Program-made: the position numbers and the translations under genes
DNA from: Candidatus Sysuimicrobiota bacterium
Lineage (GTDB): Bacteria > Sysuimicrobiota > Sysuimicrobiia > Sysuimicrobiales > Sysuimicrobiaceae
Reading direction: 5' to 3'
DNA length: 64,000 bases
Assembly: GCA_040289515.1 (NCBI GenBank)
Contig: PSLI01000001.1
Coordinates: 51,685 to 115,684 of the forward strand
Part shown: positions 9,468 to 17,075 of the stretch, in pieces
Position numbering within the stretch: the stretch's first letter is position 1
Layout: each line of letters starts with the position of its first letter
Notes under the pieces: model-generated
Databases searched by the model: none
What the model was told of the DNA's origin: nothing
The model's input: only the letters and a program-made list of their open reading frames with translations

Positions 9468-10562
9468 ATGGAGGATCCCGTGGTGGTGCGGGCAGCACAG
9501 ACAGAACGGGCTAGCGAGCCCCGGGTACGCCTGCTGGGGGTGTCGAAGCACTTCGGGAGCGTGCAGGCCCTCCGGCAGCTGACGCTGTCCGTGTACCCGG
9601 GGGAGATCCTGGTTCTGCTGGGTCCCAGCGGCTGCGGGAAGACCACAGCCCTGAGAATCGTGGCGGGGCTAGAGCAGCCGGACGAGGGGTGGGTGGAGCT
9701 AGCGGGCCGGGTGGTGGCGGGCCCGCGGTGGGTACCCCCGGAGGCCCGGGGGGTGGGCATGGTGTTTCAGGAGCCCTCCCTGTTCCCGCACCTGACCGTG
9801 CTGGAAAACGTGGCCTTCGGGCTGCGCAACGCCTCCCGCGCGGAGAGGCTGCGAAGGGCTTCCGAGGTGCTGGAGCGGGTGGGCGCCGGGGACCTGGCAA
9901 GTCGGTTCCCCCACGAGCTGTCCGGGGGCGAGCAGCAGCGGGTGGCCCTGGCCAGGGCCCTGGCCCCCAGGCCCTCCGTGGTGCTTCTGGACGAGCCCCT
10001 CAGTAGCCTCGACCCGGAGTTGCGGCGCCGCATGCGGGAGGAGCTGCGACGGCTCCTTAAAACGGAGGGCAGTACCGCTATCCTGGTCACCCATGACCAG
10101 GAGGAGGCGTTCGCGGTGGCGGACCGCATCGGGGTGCTGAGCCGCGGGCGGCTGTGGCAGGTGGGGCCGCCGGAGGAAATTTACCACGCTCCTGCCTGCC
10201 GGTTCGTGGCGGACTTCGTGGGCGAGGCGGAGTTTTTACCTGGACAGGTACAGCGGCACGTGGCGCGCACCGAGCTGGGGGAGTTCCCCTGCAACGGCTT
10301 GCCGGACGGCACCCCCGTGGAGGTGATGGTGCGGCCCGCGGACTTGAGCCTGAAACCGAGTCCGGACGGGCCCGCGGTGGTGGTGGGGCGCCGGTTCCTG
10401 GGACCGGACACGGTGTACGAGGTACGGTTGGCTTCGGGACGCGTGGTACGGTGTCGTTTCACCGGGGACGCAGGCCTCAGGCCGGGAACCCGGGTGCAGG
10501 TGTGGGCCACCTCACCCCGCACCGTGGTATTTCCCGCAGAGGATCCCAGCCCTCCTGCGTGA
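9468..10562 (+). CDS. Fe(III) ABC transporter ATP-binding protein (FbpC-like)
   Basis: [22 protein letters not shown]-terminal TOBE-like region. Confidence 0.9.
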   Translation: MEDPVVVRAAQTERASEPRVRLLGVSKHFGSVQALRQLTLSVYPGEILVLLGPSGCGKTTALRIVAGLEQPDEGWVELAGRVVAGPRWVPPEARGVGMVFQEPSLFPHLTVLENVAFGLRNASRAERLRRASEVLERVGAGDLASRFPHELSGGEQQRVALARALAPRPSVVLLDEPLSSLDPELRRRMREELRRLLKTEGSTAILVTHDQEEAFAVADRIGVLSRGRLWQVGPPEEIYHAPACRFVADFVGEAEFLPGQVQRHVARTELGEFPCNGLPDGTPVEVMVRPADLSLKPSPDGPAVVVGRRFLGPDTVYEVRLASGRVVRCRFTGDAGLRPGTRVQVWATSPRTVVFPAEDPSPPA

Positions 10563-10568
10563 TCGGCT

Positions 10569-12923
10569 TCAGGCCTCCTCGGTCACGAACACCACCCGCA
10601 GGATCTCCTCGATGGTGGTGATGCCCTCCAGCACCTTCCGGATTCCGTCCTCCCGCATGGTCCGGAAGCCCTCCTGTCGAGCCACCTCGCGGATCTCCGA
10701 GGCCGAGGCCCGCTGGACCACCCGCTCCCGGATGCGATCGGTCACCCCCAACAGCTCGTACACCCCGGTGCGCCCCCTGTAGCCCGTCTGGCGGCAGGCA
10801 TCGCAGCCCGCGCCCCGGTACAGCACCAGGTCCTGTTCGTCCGCCAGCTCCTCCGACAGCCTGCGGACCGCTTCGCGCGGTGGCCGGTACGCCTCCTTGC
10901 ACTTGGGACAGATGGTGCGGCACAGTCGCTGGGCCAGCACCCCGATGACCGAGGAGGTGATGAGGAAGGGCTCGATGCCCATGTCCACCAGGCGCGTGAA
11001 GGCGCTGGGGGCGTCGTTGGTGTGCAGGGTGCTCAGCACCAGGTGACCCGTGAGAGCTGCCTGGACCGCGATCTCCGCGGTCTCCCGGTCCCGGATCTCC
11101 CCCACCATGATCACGTCGGGGTCCTGCCGGAGAATGGACCGCAGTCCGGTGGCGAAGGTGAGCCCCGCCTTGGGGTTCACCTGCACCTGGTTGATGCGGG
11201 GGAGCTGGTACTCCACGGGGTCCTCCACCGTGATGATGTTCTTGTCCAGGGTGTTGATCTTGCTCAGGGTGGCGTACAGGGTGGTGGTCTTCCCGCTCCC
11301 CGTGGGGCCGGTCACCAGGATCATGCCGTAGGGCTTGCTGGATAGCTCCTCCCACCGCGCCTGCACGTCGCTGGCCATCCCTAGCCGGTTGAGGCGGATG
11401 AGGGCGTTGGACTGGTCCAGGATCCGCATCACGACCTTCTCCCCGAACAGGGTGGGGAGGGTGGACACCCGCAGGTCGATGTCCCGACCGTTCACCTTCA
11501 GGTGGATGCGGCCGTCCTGGGGCCGCCGCCGTTCCGCGATGTCCAGGTTGGCCACGATCTTAATGCGGGAGACCAGGGCCGCCTTGAGGTTCTTGGGCGG
11601 GGACATCACGTCGTGCAGCACCCCGTCGATCCGGTACCGGACGTGCAGGCCGTTCCGGTGGGGCTCGATGTGGATGTCGGAGGCCCCCTCCCGGATGGCT
11701 TGGTCCAGAATCACGTTGACCAGCTTCACCACAGGGGCCTCGTCCACCATCTCCCGGAGGCGGTCGATGCTGACCTCCTCCTCCGCTGCGGCCTCCTCCT
11801 CCGGGACCACCGCCTGCTCCAAGATCGACCCCACGTGGTAGTACCTGTTGATGGCCTGCATCAGCTCGTCTTCCGTTGTGATGCGGGCCTCCACGTCCAT
11901 CCCGGTGACCAGGCGCACGTCGTCCAGGGCCAGCAGGTTCAGGGGGTCCACCAGGGCCACCACCAGCCGATCCCCGTTGCGGGCGAAGGCCAGGACCTTG
12001 TGGCGGGCGGCGATGTGCTGGGGAACGAGCCGCACCACGTCCCGATCCACGGGGGTGCTGGACAGGCTCACGTACGGGCAACCCCACTGTACGCCGATGA
12101 CCTTGGCCAGGTCCTCCTCGGTCAGGAGGCCCATGCGGACCAGGATGCGGCCCAGCCGCTCGCCCGTGCGGGCTTGCACCTCCAAAGCTTGCTGCAGCTG
12201 GAGCTCGTTCAGCAGCCCCATACGGACCAGGATGCCGCCCAACGCCTCCCGGCGGACCAAACCGGGGCCCGCCGGCCGGGCCGCAGCCTTGGGACCGGAC
12301 GGGGGCGCGGGGGGACCGGAGGCTGCAAAATCCGGCACGGGCAAGCTGGGCGGGGTGGGTTGCTCGGAGGCTTGTGAGGGCTGCATCTGGGGAGGTTCCT
12401 GGCCCGCGGGAGGTTCCTCCGTCGGCGCCGGCTCCGGGGCCGGTGCCCCCGGCAAGGGTGCTTCCGGGATACTGGCGGCTTCCGCGGGGGCGGTTTGCTG
12501 GTCCGGCTGACCCTCCGCCGCCAACTCGGGCTGGCTCCTGGTTGGCTGCACCGTGTGCCCGTTCACCCGGGCCTCAAGAGCGGCTGCACGGTCCAGAACG
12601 CTGGCCGCCTCCTGGCTCAACCCCAGCCGCTCGTACACCTCCCCCAGGGCCAGCAGGACCACCACGGCCTCCTTCAGGTAGCCCCCGCGCTGGTACAGGT
12701 CTGCCAGGTCCAGGTAGTGCACGGGCTCCTGCGGGGCCAGCTCGATGAGCTTCTTGTACTCCGCGATGGCCTCCTGCAGCCGGCCCGCGTGGGCACACCG
12801 CTGTGCTTCGTGGTAGCGCCACGCGCACTCCAGGGTCAGGTTGCCCGCGGGGATTCCCAGCGACGCCTTGCACTCCCGCAGCGCTGCCAGCTCCGCCTCG
12901 GCCTTGGTCGCTTGTGCCTTCAC
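10569..12923 (-). CDS. pilB: type IV pilus assembly ATPase PilB/GspE with N-terminal TPR and MshEN domain
   Basis: GASDIHIEP, LDIAERRRPQDG, GPTGSGKTT, EDPVEY, LRQDPD, STLHTND, CPKC/CDAC Zn motif; TPR-like N-terminus and Pro-rich linker. Confidence 0.9.
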   Translation of the reverse strand: MKAQATKAEAELAALRECKASLGIPAGNLTLECAWRYHEAQRCAHAGRLQEAIAEYKKLIELAPQEPVHYLDLADLYQRGGYLKEAVVVLLALGEVYERLGLSQEAASVLDRAAALEARVNGHTVQPTRSQPELAAEGQPDQQTAPAEAASIPEAPLPGAPAPEPAPTEEPPAGQEPPQMQPSQASEQPTPPSLPVPDFAASGPPAPPSGPKAAARPAGPGLVRREALGGILVRMGLLNELQLQQALEVQARTGERLGRILVRMGLLTEEDLAKVIGVQWGCPYVSLSSTPVDRDVVRLVPQHIAARHKVLAFARNGDRLVVALVDPLNLLALDDVRLVTGMDVEARITTEDELMQAINRYYHVGSILEQAVVPEEEAAAEEEVSIDRLREMVDEAPVVKLVNVILDQAIREGASDIHIEPHRNGLHVRYRIDGVLHDVMSPPKNLKAALVSRIKIVANLDIAERRRPQDGRIHLKVNGRDIDLRVSTLPTLFGEKVVMRILDQSNALIRLNRLGMASDVQARWEELSSKPYGMILVTGPTGSGKTTTLYATLSKINTLDKNIITVEDPVEYQLPRINQVQVNPKAGLTFATGLRSILRQDPDVIMVGEIRDRETAEIAVQAALTGHLVLSTLHTNDAPSAFTRLVDMGIEPFLITSSVIGVLAQRLCRTICPKCKEAYRPPREAVRRLSEELADEQDLVLYRGAGCDACRQTGYRGRTGVYELLGVTDRIRERVVQRASASEIREVARQEGFRTMREDGIRKVLEGITTIEEILRVVFVTEEA

Positions 12924-13017
12924 GGTTTCCTCGCGGCCCCGCCTCCCGGGGCCTCGGTCCGTATGAATAGCAGGTTCTGTGCCCCTCCCCGCCGTCTTTC
13001 AGAACAGGCTTTACCGC

Positions 13018-13047
13018 AAGGTAGCACCGTACCCCGACCTTCCGCAA
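13018..13047 (-). promoter_or_regulatory. putative sigma70 promoter for pilB
   Basis: Minus strand TTGCGG-18 bp-TACCTT with a TG extended -10. Confidence 0.4.
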
Positions 13048-13061
13048 GCCCGGCCCATTTG

Positions 13062-13077
13062 TGGAACGAAACTTGCT
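13062..13077 (+). promoter_or_regulatory. putative sigma-54 (-24/-12) promoter for dnaB-like/pilT/pilC
   Basis: TGGAAC-GAAAC-TTGCT: GG(13063-64)-N10-GC(13075-76), one mismatch to TGGCAC-N5-TTGCW. Confidence 0.65.
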
Positions 13078-13122
13078 CCACCCCTCCCGGCAGGACTCTA
13101 CTGGGGCAGGAGGGAAGTAGCG

Positions 13123-14685
13123 ATGCCCATGGACGCGCGGTACGAGCTGGACGTGGCCGTGCTCAGCGGGTTGGTGGCGGACCGCCACCTGGTTAGTTTG
13201 GCCCTCAACGAGGGGTTCGCGCCGGAGCTGCTCGATAGCCCCACCGCCCAGCGCCTCAGCAAGGTGCTCCTGGAGCTGGCCATGGCCCAGGCCGCGCCCC
13301 TAGACGAGGTGGCGGTGCGCCACGAGGTGCAGGAGCGGGGTCTGCTGAGCCCCGAGATGGAGCGGTTGCTGCAGGCGGTGCATCTTTGCCGGCCGCCAGC
13401 TGCGTCTCAGATGGTGGGGTACCTGGAGGTGCTCAAGGCCCGGGAGAGCCGGCGGCGGCTAGAGGCCGTCCAGAGGCGGATTCAGGATTTCCTGCGCCAG
13501 GGGGAGCGGACGGGATCGCGGGACCTGGTGCGGTTCGTGGGTGAGCTTGTAGGGGAGCTGTTTGAGATCCAGAAGCGACGCCTGCGGCAGCGCCTGTTGC
13601 CTGCGGGGGACGTGCTGGCCGAGCTGCTGGAGAACGTGCAGAACCCCGCAACCGGGGGGTTTCTGGGCTACTCCATCTCCCCCTTTGACCGGCTGAACCG
13701 GGTGCTGTCGGGGCTGCGCCCGGGCTTCTACTACGGGCTGGCGGGCGCTCCGCGTCGGGGCAAGACGAACCTGACCCTGCAGATGGCCACCTATGTGGCC
13801 CGGAACCACCGCATCCCCGTCCTGTTCTACTCGTGGGAGCAGACCACCAAGGTGCTGGCCGCTCGCCTGCTGGCCATGGAGCTCCTCGTAAGCCCCGCGG
13901 ACATCCTGGCAGGCACGGTGGGCCGCGCCCGGGTGGACACAGGCCGGCTGCGGGCCGCGGAGGAAGAAGTGTACCGGTACGCACCCTACCTGTATCTGGT
14001 GGAGGCGGGCCGCAAGGATACCCTGGACCGCATCAAAGCACACGCCTACAACGTGATGCAGGAGCACGACACCAACCGGATCCTCATCTGCCTGGACTAT
14101 CTGCAGAAGATCCCCCTGGAGGAGCCCGTGGCGGACGAAAAGGCCCGCACGGACCTCATCTCCTCCCAGCTGGCGGAGCTGAGTTTGGAGCTGCGGGCAC
14201 CCATCCTGGCCATCTCGCCTTTGGACAAGGAGGGCTGCCGCCTGGACGAGCGCCCTGCGGAGGAGGATGGGCCCAGTGAGCTGTACGAGCGGCCCACCAT
14301 GCACCACAGCGTGGGCTCCGGGGATCTGGAGTACGACCTGGACGTGGCCATGGTGCTGGTCAAGGACTGGAAGGCCACGCACGACCTGCGGGAGTACCTG
14401 GAGTCCAAGGCTCGGCAGGAGGGCACAGACCCCGAGGAACTGCCCAGGATCGACATCCTCAACCTGTTTATCGACAAGAACCGGGACGCCCCGGAGGTGG
14501 AGTCCAACATCGTGCAGTTTGCCTTCTTCATTCCCCTCAATAAGCTGGTGGAGCTGGGCTACAAGCACGAGAAGGAGTACCGCGGGGACTTCCGGGGCTT
14601 CTCCAAGGTGGTGGAGATCTACACCCAGCTGAAGGAGGCGGGGTTGCTCCCGAGCGTCCGGGAGACCCTCGTGGCGAGCAACTGA
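13123..14685 (+). CDS. divergent DnaB-like (SF4 helicase fold) ATPase
   Basis: DnaB_N-like helical N-terminus; GLRPG...AGAPRRGKT (Walker A), FYSWEQ, LDYLQ (Walker B), RPT..SGDLEYDLD, KNR finger; SD AGGAGG before ATG 13123. Confidence 0.85.
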   Translation: MPMDARYELDVAVLSGLVADRHLVSLALNEGFAPELLDSPTAQRLSKVLLELAMAQAAPLDEVAVRHEVQERGLLSPEMERLLQAVHLCRPPAASQMVGYLEVLKARESRRRLEAVQRRIQDFLRQGERTGSRDLVRFVGELVGELFEIQKRRLRQRLLPAGDVLAELLENVQNPATGGFLGYSISPFDRLNRVLSGLRPGFYYGLAGAPRRGKTNLTLQMATYVARNHRIPVLFYSWEQTTKVLAARLLAMELLVSPADILAGTVGRARVDTGRLRAAEEEVYRYAPYLYLVEAGRKDTLDRIKAHAYNVMQEHDTNRILICLDYLQKIPLEEPVADEKARTDLISSQLAELSLELRAPILAISPLDKEGCRLDERPAEEDGPSELYERPTMHHSVGSGDLEYDLDVAMVLVKDWKATHDLREYLESKARQEGTDPEELPRIDILNLFIDKNRDAPEVESNIVQFAFFIPLNKLVELGYKHEKEYRGDFRGFSKVVEIYTQLKEAGLLPSVRETLVASN

Positions 14686-14689
14686 GGGG

Positions 14690-15844
14690 GTGGCCGTGAA
14701 CATCGAGCAGCTCCTGAAGGACGTGGTGGACCGCCAGGGCTCGGACCTGCACCTTACCGCTGGGGTCCCCCCCCTGATGCGGGTGTGGGGCCAGCTGGTG
14801 CCCATGACCGGCTACCCCGTCCTCACCCCCGAGGACACCTACCAGCTGGCCTACAGCATGCTGAACACCTTCCAAAAGCAGAAGTTTGAGAAGAACTGGG
14901 AACTGGACCTGTCCTACGGGGTACCCGGGTTGGGCCGGTTCCGGGTGAACGTGTACCGGCAGCGGGGGGCGGTGGGGGTGGCCGTTCGGGTGATCCCCCA
15001 CGAGATCCCCCGTCTGGAGGATCTGAACCTGCCCAGCGTGCTGACAGAACTTACCCGCAGGCCCCGGGGCCTGATCCTGGTCACGGGCCCCACAGGGCAG
15101 GGCAAGTCCACCACCCTGGCAGCCATGGTCAACCAGATCAACGAGGAGCGCAGCTGCCACATCGTCACCATCGAGGACCCCATTGAGTACCTGCACAGCC
15201 ACAAGCGCAGCGTCGTGAACCAGCGGGAGCTGGGCGTTGATACCCAGTCCTTCCCGAACGCCCTGCGGGCGGCCCTCCGGGAGGACCCGGACGTGGTCCT
15301 GATCGGGGAGATGCGGGACCTGGAGACCATCGCGACCGCCCTCACCATCGCGGAGACCGGGCACCTGGTCTTCGCCACCCTGCACACCGCCAACGCCGCG
15401 CAGTCCGTTGACCGCATCATCGATGTGTTCCCGCCGCACCAGCAGCAGCAGGTGCGGGTGCAGCTCAGCTCGGTGCTGGAGGCCGTGGTGAGCCAGATCC
15501 TGCTGCCCAACCAGCTGTTCCTGCGGCGGTTCGGCAACCAGGAGGGGTACGCTGTGGCGCGGCGCAGCGGCGGGGTAGACACCGTGCGGCGGAGCTGGCC
15601 CACCCTGGAGGAGATCGGCCGGGTGCCTGCGGTGGAGGTGATGATTGTCACCCCCGCCCTCCGCAACCTCATCCGGGAGGGGAAGACCCACCAGATCGAG
15701 TCCGCCATCCAGACCGGGGCGGAGTGGGGGATGCAGACCATGGACCAGTCCCTGCGGGATCTGTACCAGCGGGGGCTCATCTCCTACGAGGACGCCCTCG
15801 GGAACGCCATCCATCCCGAGGAGCTGCGCCGGATGATAGGCTGA
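14690..15844 (+). CDS. pilT: type IV pilus retraction ATPase PilT
   Basis: SDLHL, GRFRVNVY.QRG, GPTGQGKST, LREDPD, AETGHLVFATLHT, ALRNLIRE, GMQTMD. Confidence 0.93.
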   Translation: MAVNIEQLLKDVVDRQGSDLHLTAGVPPLMRVWGQLVPMTGYPVLTPEDTYQLAYSMLNTFQKQKFEKNWELDLSYGVPGLGRFRVNVYRQRGAVGVAVRVIPHEIPRLEDLNLPSVLTELTRRPRGLILVTGPTGQGKSTTLAAMVNQINEERSCHIVTIEDPIEYLHSHKRSVVNQRELGVDTQSFPNALRAALREDPDVVLIGEMRDLETIATALTIAETGHLVFATLHTANAAQSVDRIIDVFPPHQQQQVRVQLSSVLEAVVSQILLPNQLFLRRFGNQEGYAVARRSGGVDTVRRSWPTLEEIGRVPAVEVMIVTPALRNLIREGKTHQIESAIQTGAEWGMQTMDQSLRDLYQRGLISYEDALGNAIHPEELRRMIG

Positions 15845-15857
15845 AGGGAGGACGGAG

Positions 15858-17075
15858 GTGGCCCTCTACCAGTACACCGCCCGGGAGCAGACCGGCCGCG
15901 TGGTTTCGGGGACCCTGGAAGCCGACAACGAGGTCCAGGTGGCGGAGAAGCTGCACCAGATGGGCTTGTTCATCACCGCCATCGAGCGGGTCAAGGCGGG
16001 GCCCGGGGAGGTGTGGAGCTTCCTGGATCTGTTCCGGGGCATCTCCCTGCGGGACCTGGCCCTGTTGAGCCGTCAGTTTTCCACCATGGTGAACTCGGGC
16101 CTCACCCTGGTGCGGTCGTTGGTCATCCTGGAGCAGCAGACCACCAGCCACCGCCTGCGGGAGGTCCTCCAGAAGGTGCGTGCAGACGTGGAGCAGGGCC
16201 ACGCCCTGGCGGACGCCTTGGCCAAGCACCCTCAGGCCTTCAGCTCCCTGTACGTGAACATGGTGCGGGCAGGGGAGGCAGGCGGCGTGCTAGACGACGT
16301 GCTGCAGCGCCTGAGCACCTTCCTGGAGAAGGAGTTCGCCCTGCGGCAGAAGATCAAGTCCGCCATGGTGTACCCCGTGATCCTCACCCTGGCCGCGACC
16401 GGTGCCCTGCTGTTCATGACCATGGTCATCATTCCTCAATTCGTGGTGTTCTTCCGCGAGCTGAACGTGGGTGAGCTGCCCCTGCCCACGCAGGTGGTGA
16501 TGGGCATCAGCTACCTGCTGCGCGCGTACTGGTTCGTGTGGGTCCCGGGGACCGCGGTACTCGTAGGGGGCTTCCTGCGGTGGCTGCGCACCGCCACGGG
16601 GAAGGCCTGGTGGGACCGGGCCAAGCTGCGCCTGCCCGTGTTCGGGCCGGTGATCCAGAAGACCCTCCTGGCCCGGTTCGCCCGCACCCTGGGCACCCTC
16701 CTCGGTGCCGGGGTCCCGCTTCTGCAGGCCTTCGACGTGACCAGCAAGGCGGTGGACAACGTGGTGGTGGAGGAGGCCCTTCGAAAGGTGCGGGCCAGCA
16801 TCCGGGAAGGGGAGAGCATCGCCGTCCCCCTGTCTCAGGTGGAGCTGTTTCCGCCCATGGTGGTGCAGATGGTACGGGTGGGGGAGGAGGCCGGGAATCT
16901 GGAGGAGATGCTGGCGAAGTTGGCGGACTTTTACGACACGGAGGTGGAAGCCGCGGTCCAGGCCCTGGCCAGCACCCTGGAGCCCGCCATGATCGTGTTC
17001 ATGGGGTTCGTGGTGGGCGCCATGGTTATCTCCCTGTACCTACCCATTTTCCAGATGGCCGCGAAGGCGGGTTAA
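15858..17075 (+). CDS. pilC: type IV pilus platform protein PilC (T2SS F family)
   Basis: RQFSTMVNSGL, YVNMVRAGEAGG, KIKSAMVYP, FPPMVVQMVRVGEE.G, ISLYLPIF. Confidence 0.93.
   Translation: MALYQYTAREQTGRVVSGTLEADNEVQVAEKLHQMGLFITAIERVKAGPGEVWSFLDLFRGISLRDLALLSRQFSTMVNSGLTLVRSLVILEQQTTSHRLREVLQKVRADVEQGHALADALAKHPQAFSSLYVNMVRAGEAGGVLDDVLQRLSTFLEKEFALRQKIKSAMVYPVILTLAATGALLFMTMVIIPQFVVFFRELNVGELPLPTQVVMGISYLLRAYWFVWVPGTAVLVGGFLRWLRTATGKAWWDRAKLRLPVFGPVIQKTLLARFARTLGTLLGAGVPLLQAFDVTSKAVDNVVVEEALRKVRASIREGESIAVPLSQVELFPPMVVQMVRVGEEAGNLEEMLAKLADFYDTEVEAAVQALASTLEPAMIVFMGFVVGAMVISLYLPIFQMAAKAG

Noticed and set aside
13123..14685. Prophage or plasmid origin for the DnaB-like gene
   Set aside because: No phage, integrase or att features nearby; codon style matches the neighbours, and it is operonic with pilT.
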